A stretch of 64,000 nucleotides of DNA from an uncultured cyanobacterium (GTDB lineage: Bacteria; Cyanobacteriota; Cyanobacteriia; Cyanobacteriales; CAWUOF01): NCBI GenBank assembly GCA_963744145.1, contig CAVUSO010000001.1, forward strand, positions 6,976,001-7,040,000, given 5' to 3'. Shown one piece after another: positions 42,738 to 52,977 of this stretch. The notes under the pieces were generated by a model. It ran no database searches, was not told where the DNA came from, and worked only from the letters and a program-made list of their open reading frames with translations. Position 1 is the first letter of the stretch; the number at the start of each line of letters is the position of its first letter. A program made the translations under genes and the position numbers.

Positions 42738-43910
42738 TCACCTCCGATAATGGTGAAGGTTAAGTGAACTAGACTCATTATCACTAGCATGGAGATAATT
42801 ATCAATGGTAATTTTCCCGCTAGAATGTCCTAATGTCTTTGTAATTACGTGAATGGGAGTATTCTTAGCTGCATGAGTAGCATGAGAATGTCTTAACCAG
42901 TGAGGTGAAGGAATTCTGGATAAACCCGCCGCCTCAGCAATTGATTTAATAATCCGTCTAATATGGCGATCGCCTATAGGTTCATTTCCTTTTTGACTAA
43001 TGAATATCGGCTCAGTCTTATCCTTGGGGTTTTGGCGGTTTGATAATAAATATTGATATAATCGAGTAGGCAATAACACATCCCGTTCCTTATCCCCTTT
43101 ACCGATTACTTTGATATAGGGTAATCCAGACTGATTAACATGAATAGCATTCCAAGTCAGAGTACCTACTTCGCCCACCCGAAAACCACCATAATAAAGT
43201 AGTTCAAATACTAATAGATTTCTCTGAGCTAGAACTTCTTGATGGGGTGTTTTAGCATTCGCGATCGCCAGTGAAGCTGCATCACTCATCAATTCAATTT
43301 CCGTTTCACTCAGAGTCCGCTCTTGTATTTTCTTTCGCTCGGCTGGAACCTTAAGCAGCATGGCACTATTACTACGCAAGTACCCAACATCACAACCATA
43401 CCTAAGAAAACTTTTCAATGAAGCCAATCTTCGTCGCACACTAGCCCGCGCTATATGTCCAAGGGTTTCCTGCTTTAAGAGAAAATTTTTATAATTATCA
43501 ATGTCTTCCTTAGTCACACTATGCAGGTTTAAATCATCCAGGTCTGGGTACTCGGTTTTTAATTTGTACTGGACAAAGTGCATCACATCATTGCGGTAAG
43601 CCCTTGCAGTTTGCTGAGACTCGCGGGAACCTAACCAACTTGAGAATAATTCACTCGTACTTGAAGCCCCAGTTATTTTTGCAGGAGCCGTCGCCCTTGT
43701 CATTGCTTCTACTGTGACCTGGATAAACGCCAACTGCTCTGGGGTGAATTGAGCGATCGCATCACCAGTAGCTTGAATAAAAGCGAGTTGCTCCGGTGTA
43801 AATTCCGGTGAGACTTTGGCGATCGCTTTCTCTGGATTACAAGGTTTTTCCATAATTGACGCCGCTGGTGTTACTGGTTGTCTTAATTCGGCGATCGCTC
43901 CTAATTTCAA
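42738..43910 (-). CDS. Tyrosine recombinase/integrase (XerC/D-like); start uncertain
   Basis: SAM-like N-domain (TARAYRND, RRRLASLKSF); catalytic GFRVGE, GKGDK, HWLRH, LGH and terminal Y (NYLH). Confidence 0.92.
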   Translation of the reverse strand: MKLGAIAELRQPVTPAASIMEKPCNPEKAIAKVSPEFTPEQLAFIQATGDAIAQFTPEQLAFIQVTVEAMTRATAPAKITGASSTSELFSSWLGSRESQQTARAYRNDVMHFVQYKLKTEYPDLDDLNLHSVTKEDIDNYKNFLLKQETLGHIARASVRRRLASLKSFLRYGCDVGYLRSNSAMLLKVPAERKKIQERTLSETEIELMSDAASLAIANAKTPHQEVLAQRNLLVFELLYYGGFRVGEVGTLTWNAIHVNQSGLPYIKVIGKGDKERDVLLPTRLYQYLLSNRQNPKDKTEPIFISQKGNEPIGDRHIRRIIKSIAEAAGLSRIPSPHWLRHSHATHAAKNTPIHVITKTLGHSSGKITIDNYLHASDNESSSLNLHHYRR

Positions 43911-44221
43911 CTGATGCTACGGTCGCCAATGGTGCCAATTTTATCATCACTGGGGTCAAGAAATTTCCATAATGGTGCGCCAGGACTGAGAAAACGTCCG
44001 GTAACGCCCCTTTCCCGGACATTTATTTCCAGCTTTCCCCCCGCCCATAACATATTTTCTACACCTGCCGTGTCATCTGCAAAATGTCCATGTAAACTTG
44101 TGTTGCAGTTCGGATCTTGTTGAGATCCGCTCCAGGAGTGCTTGAGAAAAAAGCCTGTAATCAAAGCTACGTGCAGAATTGTGGTGGTTTTATCCTGATG
44201 CGATCGCGCTCGTTTTTGCCA

Positions 44222-45837
44222 AAAGGTTGGAAATATTTCTAAAGTTGACAGGGTTTTTTAGGTTTGAGGACAGGTGGCGATCGCTAATTCCCCCCGGCGC
44301 TGGTATCAAAAGGTTGGAAATATTTCAAAAGTTGCTAAGATTTTTTAGGTTTGGTGGTGGTGGCGATCGCTAATTCCCCCGGCGCTGCTATTCAAAGGTT
44401 GGAAATATTTCAAAAGTTGCTAAGATTTTTCAGGTTTGGTGGTGGTGGCGATCGCTAAATTTCTCACCCAGCAGGTAGTCAAAGTTTGGAAATATTTCAA
44501 AAGTTGATAGAATTTTTCAGGTTTGGTGGTGGTGGCGATCGCTAAATTTCCCCCCGCTGCTAGTCAAAGGTTGGAAATATTTCAAAAGTTGAGGTAGTTT
44601 TTCAGGTTTGAGGACAGGTAGCGATCGCTAAATTCCCCCCCGCAGGTAGTCAAAGGTTGGAAATATTTCTAAAGTTGACGGTTTTTTTCAGGTTTGGGGA
44701 CTGGTGGCGATCGCAGATTTAACATCTCCTTTGCAACCCATCGCGGAGTTTGACAATAATGCCACGAAGCCTTATATTAAATAAATGGGTTAATCAATAG
44801 TTTGGACACTTTTTAGGTCTTAGCCTGAAAGCATTGAGTTTTGATTTACGGAGCGGGAGCAATAGGTTCATAAAACCTTTATTCTAGCATTGTCAATTAA
44901 AAACTGTCCAAAGTATCAGTCAATTGAAATTACCAAAACCTACCTAAGCAAGGAACAGAAATAGATGTATATTTATAACTGCATTTTCACGGGAAAAGAG
45001 GTATTCACAGATGCCTACCAACATAAATTAGAAGATGATTTTATTTGGGTTGTTGAAGGGAAATACCAAGAACTAAGCAATCAGCAATCTGAAGAAGAAA
45101 CCTCCGATACTGGTGAGTATAAACCTGTTGTGAATATTTTAATCAGAGATTTTCGTTTAGAAGAGCCTGTTACAATTACAAGTTTAAACGATTTTAAAAA
45201 GGCTTTAAAGAAATATACGGTTAACTTGATTGATAAGCTTAATCAAAGCGATCCTAGCCATGTTGCACAGCTTAAAGCAAAGCTGCCAAGATATGCCAAA
45301 GAATGGGCAGAAAACTTCGATAAGATCAGAGTGTATGTAACAGAGGGTGATGGCTTTGAGGTCGAAGGAACCCTTATCATAATCAAGCAAGATGTGCCAT
45401 TTGGTGAAGAAAAAGATGGTGACACCTGTAAGCTGTACGTTTTACGTGATTCTGTGGTCGCGGAGAAATGTTAGCGTTAATTGATTCACATTGCAAATTG
45501 TTGGTGGTGGTGGCGATCGCTAATTCAACTCTCTACTGCCATCCAAAGTTTGGAAATATTTCTAAAGTTGCTAAGATTTTTCAGGTTTGGGACTGGTAGC
45601 GATCGCTTAATTTCCCCCGGCGCTGGTATCAAAAGTTTGGAAATATTTCTAAAGTTGATAGAGTTTTTTAGACTAGGAGACTTGGAGGCGATCGCATCTA
45701 TGCTGGGCTCGGTGGTAATCATGCCCATCCAGGGCTCGGTCGCGATATGCCAATTTTCTAACCAATTCGGGTCACAGGATTATTTAAAGGTTGGAAATAT
45801 TTCTAAAGTTGCTAGGATTTTTTAGACAGGGCGATCG
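44222..45837. repeat. Array of nine ~86-bp repeats (palindromic GAAATATTTC core + HIP1), split by an 806-bp cassette
   Basis: Cores at 44230, 44317, 44402, 44489, 44574, 44660, then 45553, 45640, 45794. Confidence 0.92.
44965..45474 (+). CDS. Translationally controlled tumour protein (TCTP)-like protein
   Basis: [18 protein letters not shown]...VEGK, RLEE, KKY...KL, NF and terminal EKC are colinear with eukaryotic TCTP (MIIY.D...DEMFSD.Y...VEGK...EKC); 169 aa; AAGGA RBS. Confidence 0.85.
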   Translation: MYIYNCIFTGKEVFTDAYQHKLEDDFIWVVEGKYQELSNQQSEEETSDTGEYKPVVNILIRDFRLEEPVTITSLNDFKKALKKYTVNLIDKLNQSDPSHVAQLKAKLPRYAKEWAENFDKIRVYVTEGDGFEVEGTLIIIKQDVPFGEEKDGDTCKLYVLRDSVVAEKC

Positions 45838-45875
45838 GATCACCTCTAATCGCCGAATATGTGGACAAATGTGGA

Positions 45876-47150
45876 TTATGCGGCATAATTGTATCCATCG
45901 ACCCGATGCAGGATTTGGCAATATTTAGCTCTGACTGGGCTAACTTTGCCCTTTACCGTCACCATTTCAAAAACACCTGTAGCGCGAACAGTTAAACGCC
46001 CGATATGAGTTCCTGCGAATTTTCCTTTTGGCAGAGTAGCGCGGACTATATCCCCAGTTTGAAAACCAAAAAAAGTTTTCTGTCTAGTCCGATGTCTGAT
46101 GGGAAAACCAAATTTATTGGTAGTAGCCATTTGGCGTGTTCCCCATCCCTTAGCCGTAATCAGTAATGGCTTAGTAGTTTTTAATGCTAATTTCTCAACT
46201 ACTCCTACACAAGCTGCATCAAGATAGTGACGTTTTTCAATGTCTAATTTGACGCGATTGAATTTAGTTCTACCACCAGTCCCCACCTCAACAGCTAGCC
46301 CGGTTTCTTGTAACCGATGATATAATTCCCATCGGGTTGAATTGACAGCCGTTGCGTCTTTTAATGGTGCTTTTACTTGAGCTAAAACCCGTCTCAAAAC
46401 ATCTGGTTTATTGTGGAGAAATTTCTCAATCGGCTCATTACCTTTTTTCTGATTACAAGTATGACAAGCTAGGGTAAGATTACTGACTCTATCTGTTCCA
46501 CCTTTACTTTTAGCTAAAATGTGTTCAATCTCTAGGGGCGTGTTTTCAGCGCCACAATAAACACATTTTCTGCCCCATTTTGCTAGTAAGTATTCGCGAA
46601 CTTCGTACCCTTGTAGTTCCCCTTGTTGATACTCAGTACCACTAATTTCAGGATTAACTAGGGCTTGAGTATCAAACCTTACTAACTCTTGAGAAATGCC
46701 TGTAATTGGCGCAAATTTCCTCAGTCTATTTACCCAAGTTAGAGTAGTCTGTACTCGGTGTTCAAGACTAGGTGTTAACCAACCTTTGGGACGGGTTCTA
46801 TTTAGAAATCTTGTTTGGCGATAACGAGTCTTACGATTTCTTCTACCGCGACGCAGCGATCGCCGAGACTCAAGATTAGCTTTAATTGCTTGACCGCGAT
46901 GAGTTAATTCTGCACCCCAAATAACCGCATCATTAGATACTAATGCCAGACCAGTTGTTTGAGAACCTGGATCTATTTTTAACTGAACTGGTTTAGTTAT
47001 TTCAGTTGACACAGTTTTTAAGATGATCGTAAATGGAAATCTCCGCCAAACAGCAGCTTTCCCCTGATTTAATAACAATCGAGCTTGTGCTGGATGAACA
47101 GGATTAATAGGGCGCTTGCTGGTATCGATTACGAAAACAAAATTAGACAT
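45876..47150 (-). CDS. iscB: IscB RNA-guided endonuclease (OMEGA)
   Basis: PLMP-like PINP, RuvC-I IDPGS, Arg-rich bridge helix, RuvC-II ELVRFD, HNH with two CxxC, RuvC-III HYLDAAC. Confidence 0.93.
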   Translation of the reverse strand: MSNFVFVIDTSKRPINPVHPAQARLLLNQGKAAVWRRFPFTIILKTVSTEITKPVQLKIDPGSQTTGLALVSNDAVIWGAELTHRGQAIKANLESRRSLRRGRRNRKTRYRQTRFLNRTRPKGWLTPSLEHRVQTTLTWVNRLRKFAPITGISQELVRFDTQALVNPEISGTEYQQGELQGYEVREYLLAKWGRKCVYCGAENTPLEIEHILAKSKGGTDRVSNLTLACHTCNQKKGNEPIEKFLHNKPDVLRRVLAQVKAPLKDATAVNSTRWELYHRLQETGLAVEVGTGGRTKFNRVKLDIEKRHYLDAACVGVVEKLALKTTKPLLITAKGWGTRQMATTNKFGFPIRHRTRQKTFFGFQTGDIVRATLPKGKFAGTHIGRLTVRATGVFEMVTVKGKVSPVRAKYCQILHRVDGYNYAA

Positions 47151-47396
47151 AATTAAAACTCTGATTACTCAGGTAATTGTTTCCTCGTCAATGTTACTTA
47201 GGCTTGTTCGGCTCAACTCACTTCCTTAGCTAAATAGGGATGTTTAAAGTTGAACGGCAGAGCTACAAGCTGGAAAGCACTCGTAGGTGCCATGACCCAA
47301 ATAACGTAGTCCCTCGCTTTGCTTAGAACTGAGACTGGCCATCTCTACCCTTTATGTACTGGTTGTCCAGATATGTCCAGGGTTAAGCGGATAGCT
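47151..47396 (-). ncRNA. omega RNA / HEARO RNA of IscB
   Basis: Minus strand carries CCAGTCTCAG, ACTACGTT, ACCTACGAGTGCTTTCCAGCTTGTAGCTCTG and AACATTGACGAGG directly upstream of iscB; 5' boundary approximate. Confidence 0.8.
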
Positions 47397-47462
47397 CTGG
47401 TTGTGGTTTGGTTTGAGGAGTGCGATCGCTATTAGTAATAAATTAGTTTTGTATATAACAGT

Positions 47463-48170
47463 TTATAAATATTTGTGCGAGAGAATATACCGCAGATTCC
47501 CTAAACGCACCCCAGATTCCCTATACCAAAAGTTCCAAAACATATAAACAATATTGACAATCGAAAAAATACTCCCTACCGAAACCAATAAAAGCAATAC
47601 ACTAAATACATTAAATGCACTAATACCTATATAAGCAATCATCAACTTCCTCCACATCCAGATCATCCAGATTATATACCCATAAACCCCAACCCCAAAC
47701 CACCCTGCCGCGAGCAAAAACAACATCTGCAACCAAAAATTAAACTCCCACCATACAAGGAAGCATGGTAGGTGGCCTACAGGAGCAGTGATGTTAAAGG
47801 TAAGGTTACTATATGCCAACCATTTGCCTCTTTTTCTCCATCTTACTTGCTCACCAAATTTACATTCAATTGTATAATCTGCATCTGGATGACCTCCAAC
47901 TTTCTTACTCTCCCAAATTTGTTTTTGAACACTAAATCCAAAACGACCATCAGAGTATTTAATCCATAACTGATCTATGGTACGGAGGTCTTTACATGGG
48001 AAATTTAGCCAATTGTCTTTGCTGAGACATTCTTTTTTTTCACGATCAGCAACTTTCAGCGTAAGACGGTAAGTTTCCTCATCAGCCTCTTTCCATTTTC
48101 CAGAAGCTAGTAAATCTCGCAGATTACTATAATCTATCCCTACTTCACTCTCAAGAATAATCTCGCTCAT
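47463..48170 (-). CDS. GUN4-domain protein with hydrophobic C-terminal extension
   Basis: DYSNLRDLL...WKEADEET...FGFSVQKQIW...APVGHLP followed by two TM-like stretches. Confidence 0.85.
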   Translation of the reverse strand: MSEIILESEVGIDYSNLRDLLASGKWKEADEETYRLTLKVADREKKECLSKDNWLNFPCKDLRTIDQLWIKYSDGRFGFSVQKQIWESKKVGGHPDADYTIECKFGEQVRWRKRGKWLAYSNLTFNITAPVGHLPCFLVWWEFNFWLQMLFLLAAGWFGVGVYGYIIWMIWMWRKLMIAYIGISAFNVFSVLLLLVSVGSIFSIVNIVYMFWNFWYRESGVRLGNLRYILSHKYL

Positions 48171-48325
48171 AATTTCACCATGTTTTTATTCGATTATAAT
48201 CTATGGCTATTGGTAGTGTCTAGGATTGAGGGTGATCGCTTTCTATCATTAGTTTTGGGGTAGTGTGCGATCGCTTTGGGAGGTTTGGAGTGCGATCGCT
48301 ATTAGTAATAGATTAGTTTTGTATA

Positions 48326-48577
48326 TTACAGGTTGCAAGTCTTTGCGCGAGAAAAGATACCCACCAACCACCAAACCCAGTAAATGTAACAAAAAACCAC
48401 CCCAGAGGGTAGCGAAGGGTAGCGCGGGAGGTAGCCCAGGGGAGCGGTGGTGTTCCAAATTAGGTCACTATAGCTCAACCAAGTGCCTCCTTTTCTCCAT
48501 CCTACTTTATCAGCAAATTTGCAAGCGATCTCAATTCCAGCCATGGGATGACCTCCAACTTCCTTACTCTCCCATAT
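48326..48577 (-). pseudogene. Orphan 3' half of a GUN4-domain gene
   Basis: IWESKEVGGHP...VGWRK...APLGYLP...FSRAKTCNL with no N-terminal half. Confidence 0.75.
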
Positions 48578-48677
48578 AGACCATTAGTTACAAAAATCTT
48601 CCCTCTCGTTACTCCAAAAGATATTTGGGGTAATTTTTGTTTTCTGGCGATCGTTTTAAGATTAGGTGTGCGATCGG

Positions 48678-49023
48678 CTATTGCATGGGTTCTGAACCAG
48701 CAGCACAAGAGACAGAGCTACCGTCAGGGCTAAGAGTTGGAATTTGGATAAGACTAGCAGGACCAGGACCAGTAGTTTGACAAGCAACAGCAATAGACGT
48801 ACCATTTTTGCCTACAGTAACGTAACCCACAAATGAACGCATTAATTTTGGGTCTGTAGCGTTAGCTGTAACTAGAGCTGAATTAGTTGTAGCACTAATA
48901 GAGTAAGAATAGTTACTACTTTGACTAGGTATATCAATCTTCAATTTACTGTAAGCATTAGCAAATGATGGATTTTCTAGACGATAGGCTTGTTGAGCGC
49001 GGTTGGTAGCACGCACATAACTT
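48678..49023 (-). pseudogene. Type IV pilin-like G/H-family domain, 5' end cut by an IS
   Basis: NRAQQAYRLE...NYSYSI...C...C; a possible N-terminus at 50209-50311 does not rejoin in frame. Confidence 0.7.
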
Positions 49024-50208
49024 GGGAGCATGTCACCTTTGCAAGTGAACGAATGGATAGTATAATATGATTACACCAATTAATTTCGGAAATCTGGCCA
49101 TGACACCGGACAAACAACAAATCCTCAATCAACATATCCGAGCGATCGCTGAAATTCTCTACGAGGATACTCCAAAAGAGCAATTGACGACTTTGAGTGG
49201 GATTGAACAAGCTGTGCGGCAACAAATGCTGACTCAAGTGATGCCTCAAGTAGGGGTTTTTTTATCGAATCGAGCACCAACACCACGGTGGGACGAACTC
49301 GCCAGCTCAAAAGTATTTTAGGGGACTTGCCATTAACAGAGAAACAAGCAAAATTATTATCAGTACGTCCTCATCCACAAATCAGTCCTTATGTAGAAAT
49401 GTGTTGCCTGCGGGTAAGCGCGAATGTATCCTATCAAAAGGCACAAGAAGATGTGGAGTTTTTCACAGGCATAAAAGTAGCGGCTAAGACACAGCAAAGA
49501 TTAGTACATCGACAAGAATTTACTAATTCAGTAGATGAGCCGGTCAAAGAATTAAGTGTAGATGGGGGGTAGGGGCGTATAGCAATACGCCCGTACTCGT
49601 CTGCGTACTCCCAAGGGAGAAGCCTGTATCTGGCGGGATTACAAGGCAATTAACTTAGATAAAATTTGCGTAGAAGCATTTTTTCAAGACAATGAAGCTC
49701 TGGTTAATTGGGTGAATGAACAACCGCTGGCACCGCTGGTCACCTGTCTAGGAGATGGGCATAATGGGATTTGGAATATCATCGGTCAAATTGGTGAGGA
49801 TAGTCAACGAAGAGAGATTCTCGATTGGTATCATTTAGTGGAAAATTTAGCCAAAGTTGGAGGTTCAAAGCAACGGTTAGAGCAGGCAGAATCCTATCTT
49901 TGGCAGGGAAAAGTAGCCGCAACAAAAGCTTTATTTTCTAACTGTAAGTCTCCCAAAGCTAAAAATTTCTGTAATTATCTAGATCAACATCACCATCGCC
50001 TAGTTAACTACCAATTCTATCAAGCTGAAGAGATTTGTTCAATTGGCTCAGGTGCAATAGAATCAGCAGTTAAACAAATTGGCCGACGAATTAAAATTTC
50101 TGGGGCGCAATGGCTAGCTCAGAATGTCCCACAAGTCTTGGCGCATCGTTGTGCATACCTGAATGGTCTCCTTACCATTTAATTGATCTGCAAAAGTGAC
50201 ATGCTCCC
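49024..50208 (+). mobile_element. ISKra4-family element, inactivated
   Basis: IR GGGAGCATGTCAC(C/T)TTTGCA; GGGG-T7 slippery site ~49253-49263; SVDGG, CLGDG, LDWYHL, IGSGAIES motifs; stop at 49570-49572; no matching TSD. Confidence 0.85.
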
Positions 50209-50352
50209 TATAGCGATCGCCATCAATGCCATCAAAACTACTTATAATATTAATGGTTATCAATGTAGTGCAAATACTTTTTAGAGCAAATATAGCTATA
50301 AACTTTTTCAACCGTCCTGAAGTAATTTTTCAATGTAACGGAGAGAGTCTGT

Positions 50353-50907
50353 ATGTTTCAAGAATGGCGAGAACACTCTAAATTAAAACCTCGATTTCAC
50401 CCAGACTATCCAGACGATTTGCAAGTTCTTGTCCATGATGGTTATCCTCGCTTGAGTGGTCATCAGCCCGAATTAGTTTGGGTGCGTATTACTGGGTGCA
50501 AAAATAATATCTTCAGAGGAAAAGTTTTAAATCAACCCATGCAGCTTACTTCAGTCTCGAAAAATAGTGAAATTTTATTTATCATACCGGATAGCGGAGA
50601 ATACCCATTATTGGTGACAGAGAAATATCTTCAAGAACGTTCTCAATGGTTTATTCAACCATGCAATAAATGCGGTATGTCGGAGATATTCGGTACACCA
50701 TCCGAGTTAATTAGTGGTTTATTCTCAAGCAGACCAACAGATTTTAGAATGGAAGGTTTTACAGCATTCTGTGGAGTTTGCGGTGGTGTACTGGTAATAT
50801 CCCACATAGATTACAATCCAGAGGATGAGGAGAGTAGCGAAAATCAAAGCAAACTTACTTCAGACAGGTCGCACCAAAATAAGGCATGGTGGCAATTCTG
50901 GAAGTAG
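50353..50907 (+). CDS. Hypothetical protein with CxxC...CxxC and C-terminal WWQFWK motif
   Basis: 184-aa ORF, GGAG RBS. Confidence 0.7.
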   Translation: MFQEWREHSKLKPRFHPDYPDDLQVLVHDGYPRLSGHQPELVWVRITGCKNNIFRGKVLNQPMQLTSVSKNSEILFIIPDSGEYPLLVTEKYLQERSQWFIQPCNKCGMSEIFGTPSELISGLFSSRPTDFRMEGFTAFCGVCGGVLVISHIDYNPEDEESSENQSKLTSDRSHQNKAWWQFWK

Positions 50908-51113
50908 CGATCGCTCAAATTAACTCAAAACCTAACCATACTTAAAACTATTGAAATATTTCTAAGGTTTTTGGCGATCGCACTACCGATTTAAGTATCA
51001 GTTAATCTGCGATCGCATCCATGAATTAAATATTAATCTTCATCGCACTTACCAATTAAGCATCAGTTAATCTGCGATCGCACTAAGAGAAATAATAATG
51101 CGATCATCAAAAT

Positions 51114-51452
51114 TCAAAGTGCGTGGGATTTTACATGAATAAGCTCACGTTCAACAGTTTTTTTTCGTAAAATACCTGCGATCGTTTCCAAGACTTCAGA
51201 TAGCTCATTATCATTCAGAAAATTTATTGATGGGAGCTGTTCACCCAGGAGCAAGCTAAAAAGATACTGCTTAGCATCAAAGGGTAGGGCGGTGATTATG
51301 ACCTCAAGACTGTCTGAATAAACCCGTTGTTTGCCTTTGCGAAACTGGCTAATCATTTGCTGACTAACCCCCGACTGCTCAGAAAGCCACTTGGCACTAA
51401 TGCTGTATGTGTCTAGGGTTCTGTCGATCGCTTCAGAAAATTTCATCTTCAT
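51114..51452 (-). CDS. XRE-family HTH regulator
   Basis: AKWLSEQSGVSQQMISQFRKG; start uncertain. Confidence 0.75.
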   Translation of the reverse strand: MKMKFSEAIDRTLDTYSISAKWLSEQSGVSQQMISQFRKGKQRVYSDSLEVIITALPFDAKQYLFSLLLGEQLPSINFLNDNELSEVLETIAGILRKKTVERELIHVKSHAL

Positions 51453-51659
51453 AGATTTATCTTTATCGTCCTTGTTACAAATTCTTTTACAAAAATTAAC
51501 AATATAATTCATTCAAGACTGAATTTATGCGCTAAGATTCAGTTAATGCTTAACTAAATATACACCGTTCACATCTAAAGCATACCAAATGATTAGACAG
51601 ATTCAAGCACAGACCATTATCAATCTATTCCCCAATCTACTCGATTGGCAATTAACTAA

Positions 51660-52977
51660 GAGTATTCCAACTAAAAAATGATCCAAAACTTTAGTCACTT
51701 CGACAAAAGATTTCAACTCACCATTTTTTCAAAGTTGGTAAGCGATAAATCTGCTCTTCGATTTGCTCCATTGCTTGTTCTGTAAGTTTAACTCCTGTAT
51801 GATAAATTTTCTCAACCAAAGTAACCACAGGCTGTTTGCCCTTAAAAGTTAGGGTAGAAGCAAATTTGAGGATGGTATCAACCCGATCAAGTAAGCTGCC
51901 ACGCCAATGTTGCTCAAGCCAACCAAAAGCACGCTCAACCGGATTATATTTACTATGATAGGGAGGATAATAAGCTAGTTGAATATTTAGTTGAAATTTG
52001 TGAACGAACTTCAGGAGCCGATCCATAAACTGAGTAAGTCGAGAATGGTTTTCCGGTCCATTATCTTGGTTGATGACTAATTTCCGAATCTGGGCAAAGG
52101 GGTCTTTCACACTCATCCACCATTGCTCAAGGATATCAACAATACAATCCGCCGTTAGTTTCGACTGTACGAAAAATAGAAATAACTCGTTTTCTTTAGG
52201 TAGAAAAATCCCGTAAGGGGTAATTGCTGGACAATTTGAAAAGTCGTGATCGTAGGCCACCGTTTTGGTCCGGGTCTTTCCACCTCGGTCGAACTCTCCA
52301 ATTTTGATTCCTGCCTTGGCATCTAGAGAAATTCTCAATGTGGTTGAGTCATCATCTGCTTGCTGATTGATGCGGTTAACTTCTGTAAAGATGGCTTCGG
52401 TTTCTGGGATCTGTTTGATTGGGTTGGTTTTAGCCACCCTTTTTCATCCATAACCGAGTTGATTTAATCTTTGTCTAATTACCGCCGCGGTTGGGAGTTC
52501 TTCATCTTGATACCCTTTGATTTCTATCAATTGCTGACGGACTTGCGCGGCTGATAGTCTGGTCTACAAACGGGTACTATCAAAACTTGGGTCAGTTTGG
52601 CTTTGTGGCTCTACAATTGAACGTAGAGCTTCTAGGAAATTTGGCAGCCGATGTTCCGTTGATTTACTGCCTCTCAACCGGAATGAGTCGGCGATCGACA
52701 TGCCATGCTCTAACTCCTGCATCCCTTTCCGAATTGTCCGTCGATTCCATCCTAATTCTCGTTCTGCAATTGTTGCTCCTCCTCGTCCCCATCCTTTCAC
52801 TACTTCTGCCATGAATTGTCTTCGGTCACTTCCTTTTAGCTTTTGTGCTGTCTTGATGTACAACGACCTCAGACTATCAGTTAGTTGGATTAACGATTTT
52901 GAAGACATTAACCATACCCCATACTAATTATTCTCTCAGTATCCCTGGTTTTGGATCATTTTTTCCTTGGATTACTC
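51660..52977 (-). mobile_element. ISAzo13-family element with disrupted transposase
   Basis: 30-bp imperfect IR GAGTA.TCCAA..AAAAAATGATCCAAAAC; ISLDAK, DNGPEN, YYPPYHSKYNPVE motifs; ORF broken at ~52564 and ~52440. Confidence 0.85.

Noticed and set aside
42738..43910. Classical integron integrase IntI
   Set aside because: No IntI-specific insertion between GKGDK and the HxxR box, and no attC-type RYYYAAC...GTTRRRY sites recognised
43837..44164. Separate small genes or an N-terminal extension upstream of the recombinase
   Set aside because: Overlapping short ORFs in different frames with no recognisable motif; cannot distinguish a frameshifted extension from noise
44179..45825. ORFs 44179-44373, 45481-45825 and 45525-45728
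   Set aside because: Translations of the DNA repeats; unit lengths of 85-87 bp do not preserve frame
44222..45837. CRISPR array
   Set aside because: Whole ~86-bp units are homologous, with only short variable patches and no unique 30-40-bp spacers; no cas genes in the window
39471..48577. Diversity-generating retroelement acting on GUN4 tips or propeller blades
   Set aside because: No reverse transcriptase in the window, and differences are not adenine-specific substitutions between equal-length repeats
50945..51082. Degenerate tenth array unit (TTGAAATATTTCTAAGG...HIP1) and a 27-bp direct repeat pair
   Set aside because: Match is short and isolated; may be chance in AT-rich, HIP1-rich DNA
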